From assembly GCA_963828735.1 (NCBI GenBank), contig CAWHFW010000005.1:1792001-1856000 (forward strand): DNA of 64,000 bases, in the 5' to 3' direction. How positions within the stretch are numbered: position 1 is the stretch's first letter; each line of letters opens with the position of its first letter. The notes under the pieces are model-generated. The model was not told the DNA's origin. It worked only from the letters and a program-made list of their open reading frames with translations, and searched no databases. A program made the position numbers and the translations under genes. Positions 8,945 to 19,542 of this stretch are shown in pieces. The DNA comes from an uncultured Gemmatimonadales bacterium. Its GTDB lineage: Bacteria; Gemmatimonadota; Gemmatimonadetes; Gemmatimonadales; GWC2-71-9.

Positions 8945-10581
8945 GTGAAGTCTTCGTCACGCTTCCTGATTCTGCTGTTGGGACTCACGCTCGGGCTGGC
9001 GGGGCTGCTCGGCGTCGAGGCGGTTCGCGCCACCCGATCCCACCGGGTGACCGCGGAGCGCGCCCTTCGCGACTACGCGACCGTCGCCGCGTGGGAGCTG
9101 CTCACCGCCACCGACGAGCAGCTCCAGCGCGCGGCGAGCGCCGCGCTCGGCCCGGTGGCGGGAAGCCCGGCCGCGTCGCCCTACGACTCGGTGCCCGCCG
9201 CGGCCGCGCTCTCGCCGGCCGCCGACTCGCTGTTCCCCTGCGGTGCCGCGGGCGACTCGTCCCGATTCACCTTCGCCCTCGACCTTCGCAGCGGTGCGCT
9301 CACGACGCACGGCGCCGCGCCCGCCTCGCCGCTCCGAGCCTGGCTGGCCGATACGATCGCGCGCGCGGCACGGGCGCAGGCGCCCGGGCTCGGGAGGTAC
9401 GGCACGGTCTGGTCGCCCGCCGGTGCCGTGGCGATCTACGGGGTGAAAGCCGTGCGGTACAACGGCTACGCCGCCCACGACGCGCCGCTCGCGGTCTACG
9501 GCGTCGTGACGTGCCCGTCGGCGATGGCGCGGCTCGTTGCCGGCGTCGTGGCGCGCCATCCGCTCCTCCCCGCGCAGGTCGCGGGGGGACTCGCCACCGC
9601 CAGGCTCGTGGGTCTCGAGGTCACGGACCCCACCGGGCATCCGGTCTTCCGCTCGGGTCCGCCCGCCCGGGCCTCCGCCTACACCGGCGATCCCGCATCC
9701 AATGCCGGCTCGCTCGTAGTTCGCGCGTGGCTGCCGGCGGACGTGGCGGGCCGGCTGGTCCTCACCCAGCCGAGCATCCGGCTGCCGCTCCTGCTCGGCC
9801 TGTTCGTGCTGACGGCGGCGCTGACGGCCGTCGCCGCCCGTCAGATCCGGCGCGAACAGGAGCTGGTGCGGCTCCGGCAGGATTTCACCTCCAGCGTGTC
9901 GCACGAGCTTCGCACTCCGCTCACCCAGATCCTCCTCTTCGGCGAGACCCTGGAGCTCGGTCGGGCCGGTGGGGAAGACGCGCGGCGTGAGGCCGTGTCC
10001 GTCATCGTCCAGGAGGCGCGGCGGCTGGCGCACTTGGTGGAGAACGTGCTGCACCTGAGCCGCGCCGAGCGCCGTCTCGTGCGGGTCGATCCGGCGCTGG
10101 TGCCGATTGCGCCGCTGCTTCGAGAGATCGTGGAGCGCTTCGCGCCACTGGCCGGCGCCGACGCGGTGCGGATTCGGACCGAGCTGGACGAGTCGCTCCT
10201 CGCCCTGGCCGATCCCGACGCGATGCATCAGATCGTGATCAACCTGCTCGACAACGCCATCAAGTACGCGGACCGGGGTCCGGTCATCCTCCGCGCCGTG
10301 CTCCGCGACGGGCGCGCACGGCTCGAGGTGGAGGACCATGGCCCGGGAGTGCCCGCCACCGACCGCGGGCGCGTCTGGGAACCGTTCGTGCGCCTCCGGC
10401 CCGAGGCCGCGGTTCCCGGCAGCGGCATCGGGCTCGCGGTGGTGCGGGAGCTGGTCGCTGCGCACGGCGGCCGGTGCCACGTCGAGACGACGCCGGGCGG
10501 AGGGGCGAGGTTCGTGGTCGAGCTGCCGGGTGCTGCGCGCGTTGGGCCGGGTCCCTCGCGCACGCCGTCCGCGGAGGCGAC

Positions 10582-10597
<16 letters not shown>
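8945..10597 (+). CDS. Membrane sensor histidine kinase
   Basis: Two TMs; H-box VSHELRTPL, NLLDNAIKY, DHGPGV, GSGIGL. Confidence 0.95.
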
Positions 10598-11262
<665 letters not shown>

Positions 11263-11322
11263 GCCGGGCGCCAGCGGCCTGACGCCTCGTCGACGCGGCC
11301 GCCCACCACCCGACACGCTCAT

Positions 11323-11844
11323 CTAGAACGGCATCTTGTACTCCGGCGGCTTCACGCCGTTCAGCCGCAGGTAGGGCACCAGCTGGCCCAGCGTCCACAC
11401 CGAATGCTCGAACGAGAGCTGCGCCAGCCTCGCGGCCGGCTGCGGCGGCTGGCCGTACATCGCGACCGGCTTGCCGAGCTGAGCCGCGGAGGCCTTGCGG
11501 AGCGCCCCGAGCAGGTAGCCATACGTCGTGTCGGCGTAGGCACGGAGCGCGGCCTTGCTGTGCAGGTAGCGGGCACTGTCGCCCAGCGCGGGCGCGGCCT
11601 TGAGGCCGTGAAGCGCGATCGCCGCCACGTCGAGGTTCGTGCTGACGATGTGGTCGAACTGCTCGGCGAAGGTGCGGACGCCCGGCGTGGGTCGGAAGCC
11701 GGTAGCCGAGTCGGGCATGGCCTCGATGTAGGCCAGCACGGTCGCGCGGTTGCGTTCGAAGTCCGCAAGCAGGTCGGGCGACACCTGCGCCCGGACGGGC
11801 GCGGCCGCCAGGATGGCGAGAAGCAGCAGGACTAGCCAACGCAC
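11323..11844 (-). CDS. Secreted DinB-family protein
   Basis: Signal peptide (..VRA/Q), FRPTPGVRTFAEQFDHI, GQLVPYLRLNGVKPP. Confidence 0.85.
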   Translation of the reverse strand: MRWLVLLLLAILAAAPVRAQVSPDLLADFERNRATVLAYIEAMPDSATGFRPTPGVRTFAEQFDHIVSTNLDVAAIALHGLKAAPALGDSARYLHSKAALRAYADTTYGYLLGALRKASAAQLGKPVAMYGQPPQPAARLAQLSFEHSVWTLGQLVPYLRLNGVKPPEYKMPF

Positions 11845-11946
11845 GGGACGGGTCCTTTCGACTGGATGTGGGGCCAGGGCGACGGGTCACGGGCAGAGGA
11901 CGGTGGGACGTCACCTTCGGGCGGTCCCTTCCCCCGAGGTCGAGCG

Positions 11947-12582
11947 ATGCCCGCTACCTGGATCACGCTGTCGCGCTTCCCGCTGCTCCTGGCCAGCGTT
12001 CTGGCCTTGTATCTGGGTGGCCCCGCGCTGCAGCTCGCCGGCGCGGCGCTGCTCCTGGTGGGGCTTCTGCTCGACACCGTGGACGGCTTCGTCGCGCGAC
12101 GCACCGGACAGGCCAGCCTGTTCGGCGGAGTGCTCGACATCGCCGCTGACCGTACGTACGAGCTGGTGCTGTGGGTGAGTTTCGCGGACCTGGGGCTCAT
12201 CCCGTCGTGGGTCCCGTTCGTGATCCTCGTTCGGACCACCCTCACCGACGCGTTCCGCAGCCTCGGCGTCGGCGCCGGGACCGCGCCGTTCGACCAGCAC
12301 CGCACGCCGCTCGGGCGCTTCCTGGTGGCCTCGCCGGTGATGCGGATCGCGTACTCGCTGGCCAAGGTGACGACGTTCTGCGGTCTGGCCGCCGCCCGGG
12401 CGCTGGCCGCGTATCCCGCCGGGTCGTGGCCGAGCCGGGTCGGGGAGCCGCTGTCGCGCGTGGTCGCCGTGGCGCTGTGGGCGACGGTGCTGCTCTGCGT
12501 CGTGCGCGGCCTGCCTGTGATCGTGGGCGGGCTCCGGCGGCATCTGCGGGTGCCCGGGCGAGGGCTGTCCACCGCGCCGTGA
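11947..12582 (+). CDS. CDP-alcohol phosphatidyltransferase family protein
   Basis: DTVDGFVARRTGQASLFGGVLDIAAD signature; hydrophobic. Confidence 0.9.
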   Translation: MPATWITLSRFPLLLASVLALYLGGPALQLAGAALLLVGLLLDTVDGFVARRTGQASLFGGVLDIAADRTYELVLWVSFADLGLIPSWVPFVILVRTTLTDAFRSLGVGAGTAPFDQHRTPLGRFLVASPVMRIAYSLAKVTTFCGLAAARALAAYPAGSWPSRVGEPLSRVVAVALWATVLLCVVRGLPVIVGGLRRHLRVPGRGLSTAP

Positions 12583-12627
12583 TACGCCGCGCGAGCTCCC
12601 GGACCGTCCGCAACGTCGCCCCCCGAG

Positions 12628-13068
12628 CTAGTCCGCCTGGCGGCGCTCCCACGCAAGGAAGGCGGAGAGCGCCGGCGCCACTGGTTCCATTGTCGGCTGC
12701 CCCTCGCGCCTGATCCGGATGAAGACCGGCCCGTCACCCGCCGCCGTGGCGTCCGGGACGAAGACGTAGGGGTCTCCGTGCTCGTCGTCGGCGAAGGCGA
12801 CGGCGCCCGACGGCAGCGCGACGCCATCCGGTGCCACCGCCTCCTCGTCCATGGGAAGGAACAGGTCCAGCCAGCGCTCCGCCGCGCCGTCCGGCGGGAA
12901 CACCTTGAAGTGCGCGCGGAGGACGCTGTCGGGCTGGGCGTAGAGCGACCGCAGCACCGGCGGCACGGCACGCCCGAGGTGCGACGCGATCAGGTCCCAG
13001 TTGGGGCTCAGGAGACGGGCGCGGAACGGCGAGCTGAACACCGGCGGAGGATCGTAGAAGCCGCTCAT
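12628..13068 (-). CDS. SMI1/KNR4 (SUKH)-like protein
   Basis: HLGRAVPPVLRSLY, VAFADDEHGDPY, DGPVF, VAPALSAFL pattern; true start likely ATG 13068. Confidence 0.6.
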   Translation of the reverse strand: MSGFYDPPPVFSSPFRARLLSPNWDLIASHLGRAVPPVLRSLYAQPDSVLRAHFKVFPPDGAAERWLDLFLPMDEEAVAPDGVALPSGAVAFADDEHGDPYVFVPDATAAGDGPVFIRIRREGQPTMEPVAPALSAFLAWERRQAD

Positions 13069-13075
13069 GGTGGGC

Positions 13076-13309
13076 TCAGGCGTGGTCGACGACCGACGAG
13101 ACGCCTGCCTTCCGGGCGCAGTGGGCGCAGCAGTAGAAGGTGTTGTTCGCTTCGATGCCGTGGCCGACGATCTTGCAGCCGCAGTGCTCGCAGACGGGCG
13201 CGAGACGATGAATGGCGCATTCGAAGCTGTCGAAGGTATGGGTCCGGCCCGCGGTGACGACCTGGAAGGAGAGGTAGTAGTCGTTCCCGCAGACTTCACA
13301 CACGGCCAT
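13076..13309 (-). CDS. Small Cys-rich metal-binding (metallothionein-like) protein, 77 aa
   Basis: CEVC...FDSFECAIH..CEHCGC...YCCAHCA; GAGGAGG RBS before ATG 13309. Confidence 0.85.
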   Translation of the reverse strand: MAVCEVCGNDYYLSFQVVTAGRTHTFDSFECAIHRLAPVCEHCGCKIVGHGIEANNTFYCCAHCARKAGVSSVVDHA

Positions 13310-13383
13310 GGCGGCCTCCTCGAGAGGGGCGGCCCATCGCCGCCCGTCTTCCAACAGTGCGACGCCTCGAAGAAATCCGCCAG

Positions 13384-14223
13384 CTACGCCGGCCGTGGCA
13401 GCGCCGCGGCGAATTCCCGCATGCTCGCGAACCGCTCGGCCGCCGGCTTGGCCAGCGCCCGGGCGATGGCCGCGTCCACCGACGGTGGGACGGCGGGGCT
13501 CACGGCGGAGGCCGGCACGATGGGTGAGCGAAGGATCTTGACGACGAGGTCGGTCACGGAGCGTCCGGTGAACGGCGGCGCGCCGGTCAGCATCTCGTAC
13601 AGCACGCAACCCAGGCCGTAGATGTCGGATCGCTCGTCGATGCCGCGGTCCTCGCGGACCTGCTCGGGGCTCATGTAGAAGATCGTGCCGACCATGGTCC
13701 CGGTCTTGGTGAGCTTGGTGTGATCCGCGGCGCTGATCGCGCGCGCCAGGCCGAAGTCGGCGACCAGCGCCCGGCCGTCGGCCATGAGGATGTTGTCCGG
13801 CTTCACGTCGCGGTGCAGGATGCCGTGGCCGTGGGCGTATCCGAGCGCCTCGGCGACATCGTGCGTGATCCGGAGGGCGTCCTCGAGTCCGAGCCGCTTC
13901 TCCCGCTCGAGGCGGACGTGCAGGGACTCGCCCTCCACGTAGGGCATGACGTAGTAGAGACCGGCGTTCGCATGCCCCGAGTCGAGCAGCGGCACGATCC
14001 CGCGGTGCGACAGCGAGGCGACGATGTCCATCTCGCGCCGGAAGCGCTCGAGCCCGAGCGCCGAGCCGAGCTCGGGATGCATCGCTTTGACGGCCACGGC
14101 CCGCCCGCCCTCGCGCTCGTGGGCGAGATACACGGTCGCCATGCCGCCGTGGCCGAGCTCGCGCTCCAGCACGTAGCGGTCGGTCAGGGCTTCAGCCAGC
14201 GCATTCCAGACGATGGTGGTCAT
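13384..14223 (-). CDS. Hanks-type Ser/Thr protein kinase, catalytic domain only
   Basis: LGHGGMATVY, VAVK, HRDVKPDN, DFG, YMSPEQ. Confidence 0.95.
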   Translation of the reverse strand: MTTIVWNALAEALTDRYVLERELGHGGMATVYLAHEREGGRAVAVKAMHPELGSALGLERFRREMDIVASLSHRGIVPLLDSGHANAGLYYVMPYVEGESLHVRLEREKRLGLEDALRITHDVAEALGYAHGHGILHRDVKPDNILMADGRALVADFGLARAISAADHTKLTKTGTMVGTIFYMSPEQVREDRGIDERSDIYGLGCVLYEMLTGAPPFTGRSVTDLVVKILRSPIVPASAVSPAVPPSVDAAIARALAKPAAERFASMREFAAALPRPA

Positions 14224-14250
14224 CGAGGCGGGGTCGGAGGTACCGGCGGT

Positions 14251-15075
14251 CTAAAGGTACGCGCGCCGCAGCATCTCCGCCGCTGGCGTGTCCAGGCGGT
14301 CGGCCCAGCGCAGCCGGTCGAAGAGCTGCAGGAGGTCGGCCTCCGTGAGCCGGCGCCGGCGCACGTCGCCGAGATCGTGGACGACGCGGCCCCGGTGCAT
14401 GACCAGCACCCGGTCGCCCAGCGCCACGGCCTGGCCGAGCGAGTGGGTCACCATCAGCGTCGTGAGCTCGCCCCGGGCCACTGCCGCCTGCGTGAGCCGG
14501 ATGACCACCTCCGCGCTCCGCGGATCGAGCGCCGCCGTGTGCTCGTCCAGCAGCAGCAGCGACGGCCGGACCATCGTGGCCATGAGCAGCGTGAGGGCCT
14601 GACGCTGACCGCCGGACAGGCGGCCCATGGCCTCGTCGAGGCGGTCCTCGAGGCCGAGACCGAGGCGGGCCACCTGCCCGCGCAGCTCGTGCCGGCGCTC
14701 GCGCCCGAGCGCGCGGCGAAGCCCCCTGCTGTCGCCGCGGCCGCCCGCGAGCACGAGGTTCTCCGCGATGCTCAGATCGGAGGCCGTGCCCGTGAACGGA
14801 TTCTGGAACACACGGCTGATGCGGCGCGCTCGACGCTGCTCCGGCCAGTGGGTCAGCTCCTCCCCCTCCAGGTAGACCCGCCCGCTGGTCAGTGAAAGCG
14901 TGCCGGCGATGGCGTTGAGCAGGCTGGATTTCCCGGACCCGTTGGTGCCGAGCACCACGGTGAACGTGCCGCGCTCGAGCGTCAGGTCCACCCCGTCGAG
15001 CGCGCGCACCTCGCTCGGCGTGTCCCGGTGAAAGACGTGGGAGACGTCCTCGAGCCGAAGGGCGGCCTCAGGCAT
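14251..15075 (-). CDS. ABC transporter ATP-binding protein (COG1101-like)
   Basis: GTNGSGKS, LSGGQRQ, LLLDEHTAALDP, VTH. Confidence 0.93.
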   Translation of the reverse strand: MPEAALRLEDVSHVFHRDTPSEVRALDGVDLTLERGTFTVVLGTNGSGKSSLLNAIAGTLSLTSGRVYLEGEELTHWPEQRRARRISRVFQNPFTGTASDLSIAENLVLAGGRGDSRGLRRALGRERRHELRGQVARLGLGLEDRLDEAMGRLSGGQRQALTLLMATMVRPSLLLLDEHTAALDPRSAEVVIRLTQAAVARGELTTLMVTHSLGQAVALGDRVLVMHRGRVVHDLGDVRRRRLTEADLLQLFDRLRWADRLDTPAAEMLRRAYL

Positions 15076-16012
15076 GTCGGCGCGCTCCCGCCGGGGGCCG
15101 CAAGGCCTTGAGCCGGCCGCCGAGTTGCGGGACGACCAGCACGGCAAGCACGAACACCGCGGTGACCAGCTTGAGCGCGTCCGAGTTGAGTCCGGCCCGG
15201 ATCGCGGCCGCCACGAGGAGGCGGAACACCACTGCCCCCACGACGGCGCCGGCGATCCAGCGACCGATCGACCGACGGCCGAGCAGGGTCTCGCCCACCA
15301 TCAGGTTCGCGAGCCCCGTCACGATGGCGCCGACGCCCATCGTGATGTTGGCGAATCCCTGGTACTGCGCGATGAGCGCGCCCGACAAGGCGATCAGCCC
15401 GTTCGACACGCCGAGGCCGAGCACGACCATGCCCTCGACGTCGATGGCCACCGCCCGCGCCATCTGCGGGTTGTTGCCGGACGCGCGCATCGCGGTGCCG
15501 AGGTCGGTGCCGAGGAAGGCCGTGAGCGCCACGGCGAGCCCGGCCGCCAGGAGCACCATCAGCAGCAGCGTCGCGACGCTGCTGCCCTGAACCTCGGTCC
15601 CGAGGAGCGTCACCGTCGGCGGCAAGCCCAATCGCGCCGCCGCGCGGGCCGCCTGGGTGACCAGAGTGGGTGACGAGGCGAGGCTCAGGCTGCCGCTTCC
15701 CATGACGAACAGGCACACCGAGTAGAGGGCGGTGCTGGTCAGCACGCCGGCCAGCAGCGCGTTCACCATGAACCGCGTGTGCAGGAAGCCGGTGATCCCA
15801 CCGGCGAGGGCGCCCGCCAGCATCGCCGCGAGCGTGGCCGCGAGCGGCGGGGTACCATGCACCAGGAGGGCCGCCGCCACGGCGACGCCGATGCCGAACG
15901 AGCCGTCGGCCGTGAGGTCCACCAGGTGGTAGACGCGATAGCTCAGGAAGACGCCCAGGCCGAGCAGGGCGAGGATGAGGCCGATGGTCGCCGCCCCGAT
16001 GACGAGGTTCAC
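15068..16012 (-). CDS. ABC transporter permease (COG4120-like, putative aromatic amino acid type)
   Basis: DLTADGSF, LGTAMRASGNN, SNGLIALSGALIAQYQGFA; many TMs. Confidence 0.92.
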   Translation of the reverse strand: MNLVIGAATIGLILALLGLGVFLSYRVYHLVDLTADGSFGIGVAVAAALLVHGTPPLAATLAAMLAGALAGGITGFLHTRFMVNALLAGVLTSTALYSVCLFVMGSGSLSLASSPTLVTQAARAAARLGLPPTVTLLGTEVQGSSVATLLLMVLLAAGLAVALTAFLGTDLGTAMRASGNNPQMARAVAIDVEGMVVLGLGVSNGLIALSGALIAQYQGFANITMGVGAIVTGLANLMVGETLLGRRSIGRWIAGAVVGAVVFRLLVAAAIRAGLNSDALKLVTAVFVLAVLVVPQLGGRLKALRPPAGARRHA

Positions 16013-16018
16013 GGGGCG

Positions 16019-17252
16019 TCAGCCGATCTGGGTGATGGGGGAGACCCAGCCGACGCCGCGAACCAGTGCGCTCTCGCCCACGCCGCCCTCGCCGCGGTCG
16101 TCCCAGAGCAGGTGGAGGACATCGCGGAGCTGGTGGTTGGCGAACAGCCCCCGCGCGAGCGCTCCGAGCTCGACGGTGCGCTGGGGCAGGGGGTGATAGG
16201 AGAACACCGCGGCGTGGAAGTGCCCGAAGAAGCGCTCGGTGACCTCGAGCGGCAGCAGGTGCGGTGCGAGCGGATTGCCCGGCGTGCGGGCCACGACGCC
16301 CGCGATGAGGGCGGTGGTCATCGCGTAGGTCCGCTCGGGCGCGAACGCGAGCCAGTCGCGGACGCCGGGCACCTCGAACGTGAGCGGCGACTTCGGTCGG
16401 CGAGCGGAGCAGGCGGGCGCCGCACAGGCCGGCCGCCTCCGCCGCGATCACCAGTCCCGCGGCCTTTCCTCCGGCGGCCTCGAGGCACACCGCCAGGAGC
16501 TCGGAGAACGGAACCGCGCTCGCCTCCGGCTGAGTGTTGAAGCGCACCAGCTTGCTGAATCCGCCCTCGCAGGTGATCCCCGAGGCCAGGACGGCCCGGG
16601 GAGCGGTGGTCCCGTCACCCACGACGTAGTCGGCCAGGCGGGCGCCGTCGCTGGGAAAGTAGGCCACGCACCCGGCGACCGCGAGGAGCTCGCCCACACG
16701 CTCCCGGCACTCCGCGTAGTCGCCACCGATCGCGCCGAGCCCGAGTCCGAAGGCGTTAGCGGGGAGGTCCACCACCTGGCAATGGTCGGGGCCGGATGCC
16801 ACCGTGGACAGCTCGCGGGGGCGACCGTGCAGCCGGCAACGCAGGGTCTCCTCCGAGCCGGAGGAGGACATCTGGTACTGGCCGTTGGTGGAGGAGGAGC
16901 CGGAGCGCGCCTGCCAGGAGGAGAGGCCCAGGCTCGTGGGGGCGGGGCGGCCCATCGTATCGATATACGCGTCCCACCCGAGCACGGCCAGCGCGTCGCG
17001 GACCGCGGGGGAGAGCGAGGTGAGGCGTACCTCGCCCCGCAGCATCGCGAGCTCCTGCTGCCAGCGCCCGATGACGCGGGTGGCGGCCGAGCTGATGTAG
17101 GTGACCTCGGAGAGATCGAGGCTCAGCGACCGGACGCCTTCCCGGAGCAGATCCTCGAGGGTGTTGGAGAGGTGCTCCGCCCACTCGCGGTCGAGCCGGC
17201 CTCCCAGCCGGAGCACGGCGGACCCACCGTCACGGGCGGCGTCGATCTTCAT
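16019..17252 (-). pseudogene. STAS (anti-anti-sigma) domain fused to an uncharacterised domain; frameshift near 16390-16400 (real or sequencing error)
   Basis: N-terminal LRLGGRLD...LDLSEVTYISSA; frame reads to ..RSPTE, then plausible coding continues in another frame SPLTFEVPGVRDWLAFAPE..GHFHAAVF to stop 16019. Confidence 0.78.
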
Positions 17253-17286
17253 CGCGACCCGCGATCGCCCCTACGCGTCCGGCCGG

Positions 17287-19542
17287 TCAGCCGAGTCCGA
17301 GCCGCTCGAGCAGCGCCCCGTACCGCGGATCGGACCGCAGCGGCTCCGCCCAGGGGGCCACCTTGAGGAAGAGCAGGCCGGGCTCGCGGATCTGGAACGC
17401 GAGCTGGAGCCGCTCGAACGCGCGGTCCTTCTCGCCCAGCGCGGCGCACACCATGGCCCCCATCAGCGCCAGCCGGCTCTCGGTCTCGAGCTTGGCCTCG
17501 AGCTCCCACAGGAGCCCGTCGGCCTCCTCCTTGTTCCCGGCGGCGGCGTTCACATACGCCAGCATCAGCTTCTTGACGGTCTTGAGGCCGGGCTTCTCCA
17601 TCTCGCGCTTGATGTCGGCGATCGCCGGCTCGAATTCGCCCCGGACGACGTTCACCCACCAGAGCACGAGGCGCGCGCCCAGGAAGTCGGCGTTCATCGC
17701 CAGCGCCTTGCGGAGCTCATCCTCGGCCTCCTCGTACCGGCGAGCGAAGTACAGCACCCAGCCCACCGCGCGGTTCACCGGCACGGCCAGAGGATCGAGC
17801 TGCTGGGCGCGCTTGATCTCCGCCACGGCCTCGTCGCTTCGGCCGAGCGAGACGAGGTATTCGGCGTACCACTCGTGCGCCATCACGTAGCTCGACTTGA
17901 GCTCGAGCGCGCGCTTGAACTCCTTCTCGGCGCCGACCCAGTCCAGGTCGCCCAGCCACCGGGCGTACGCCAGCGAGGTGTGCGCCTCGGCCAGGCTGTC
18001 GTCCATCTCGAGCGCCTTGAGCGCCATCCCCTTGGCCAGCGTCAGGTACTCGGCGGGAGGCTTGGAGCTGAAGCCGATGCTCAACAGCTCGTAGGCGTCG
18101 GCGAGGCCGGCGTAGGCCACCGCATACCCCGGATCCTTGGCGATGGCGCCCTGGAAGTACTCGATACCCTTGAGCACGTCTGCTTCGGCCCACTTGTTCG
18201 CATGGAACCGGCCCAGCAGGTACATGTTGTACGCGTCGACGTCGCCCGTCGCCTTCTTTTCGACCCGCTCCTTCTCCTCGGGCGAGAGCGCCAGCTTGAG
18301 CGCGCCGGTGATCTGCTGCGCCACCTCGCTCTGGACCTCGAAGATGTCGGCGAGCTGGCGGTCGAAGGTGTCGCCCCAGATGTGCTTCTCGGTCTTGGGG
18401 TCCACCAGGTGCACGACGATCCGGACCCGCTGGCCGGCGCGACGCACGCTGCCCTCGAGCACCGCGCCCACGCCGAGCTCGTCGGCGATCGCGGCGATCT
18501 TCTTGGTCGTCTTCTTGTACTGCATGGACGACGTGCGGGAGATGACCTTGAGCGCGCTGACCTTGGAGAGCTGGGCGATGATATCGTCGGTGATGCCGTC
18601 GCTGAAGTACTCGTTCTCCGGGTCGGTGCTCATGTTCTCGAACGGCAGCACGGCGACCGACTTGCCGGAGTCGGAGACCTCCTGAATCGCCTGCGCCGCG
18701 CCCACCGCGATCGCGACCGTGGCCGGTGGAGACAGCGCGTCGGCGAATTGCGACGCGGTGCTGAACCGGTCGGCGGGGACGGTGGCCATCGCCTTCCGCA
18801 CCGCCGAGTCCACCGCCTCGGGCACGAGCTCGCGGGACGCGCGCGGCGAAGGCGCGGGCGAGCTGAGACGGTTCGCGATGACCGCGGTCAGGGTCGAGCC
18901 GCGGAATGGCGGATCGCCGGTGAGCATCTCGAACAGCACGCAGCCGAGGCTGTAGATGTCGGTGCGCCCGTCGAGGTACTTGCTGTCCTCGACTTGCTCC
19001 GGGCTCATGTAGGCCGGCGTCCCGACGACGTGGCCGGTGGTGGTGTCGCCGACCCCCATGGCGCGGGCGATGCCGAAGTCGGCCACCACGGCGTGGCCGG
19101 CGTCGAGCAGGATGTTGGCGGGCTTGATGTCGCGGTGCACGACACCCGCGCCGTGCGCGTAGCTCAGCGCGTCGGCCACCTCGCGCGCGATCTGGAGCGC
19201 GTCGTTCACGGGCAGCTGGCGCTCGCGCGCGATCCGCTGTTTCACGGACTCGCCCTTGACGTAGGGCATGACGTAGAAGACCAGGTCGTCCATCTGGTCG
19301 GAGTCGTACAACGGGAGGATGTGTGGGTGGTGGAGCCGAGCGGCGATCTGGATCTCGCGAAGGAAGCGGCCGGCGCCGACTTCGGCGGCCAGGTCGGGAC
19401 GCAGTACCTTGACCGCGACCTCGCGCTCGTACTTGAGGTCGTGGGCCAGGAACACCCTCGCCATCCCGCCCTGTCCCAGTTCCCGTTCCAGACGGTATCG
19501 GGACGCGAGCGTCGCGCTGAGGCGCTCGAGCAGCCCAGTCAC
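17287..19542 (-). CDS. Ser/Thr kinase with TolB-like and TPR domains
   Basis: LGQGGMARV, HRDIKPAN, DFGIA, GTPAYMSPEQ; SVAVLPFENMS..EYFSDGITDDII; TPRs; GTG 19542 with GAGGTG RBS. Confidence 0.95.
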   Translation of the reverse strand: MTGLLERLSATLASRYRLERELGQGGMARVFLAHDLKYEREVAVKVLRPDLAAEVGAGRFLREIQIAARLHHPHILPLYDSDQMDDLVFYVMPYVKGESVKQRIARERQLPVNDALQIAREVADALSYAHGAGVVHRDIKPANILLDAGHAVVADFGIARAMGVGDTTTGHVVGTPAYMSPEQVEDSKYLDGRTDIYSLGCVLFEMLTGDPPFRGSTLTAVIANRLSSPAPSPRASRELVPEAVDSAVRKAMATVPADRFSTASQFADALSPPATVAIAVGAAQAIQEVSDSGKSVAVLPFENMSTDPENEYFSDGITDDIIAQLSKVSALKVISRTSSMQYKKTTKKIAAIADELGVGAVLEGSVRRAGQRVRIVVHLVDPKTEKHIWGDTFDRQLADIFEVQSEVAQQITGALKLALSPEEKERVEKKATGDVDAYNMYLLGRFHANKWAEADVLKGIEYFQGAIAKDPGYAVAYAGLADAYELLSIGFSSKPPAEYLTLAKGMALKALEMDDSLAEAHTSLAYARWLGDLDWVGAEKEFKRALELKSSYVMAHEWYAEYLVSLGRSDEAVAEIKRAQQLDPLAVPVNRAVGWVLYFARRYEEAEDELRKALAMNADFLGARLVLWWVNVVRGEFEPAIADIKREMEKPGLKTVKKLMLAYVNAAAGNKEEADGLLWELEAKLETESRLALMGAMVCAALGEKDRAFERLQLAFQIREPGLLFLKVAPWAEPLRSDPRYGALLERLGLG

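Noticed and set aside
14982..17252. 756-aa ORF as one protein
   Set aside because: Only the N-terminal part up to about 16395 is credible; the rest is Arg/Gly-rich off-frame read-through across the ABC permease
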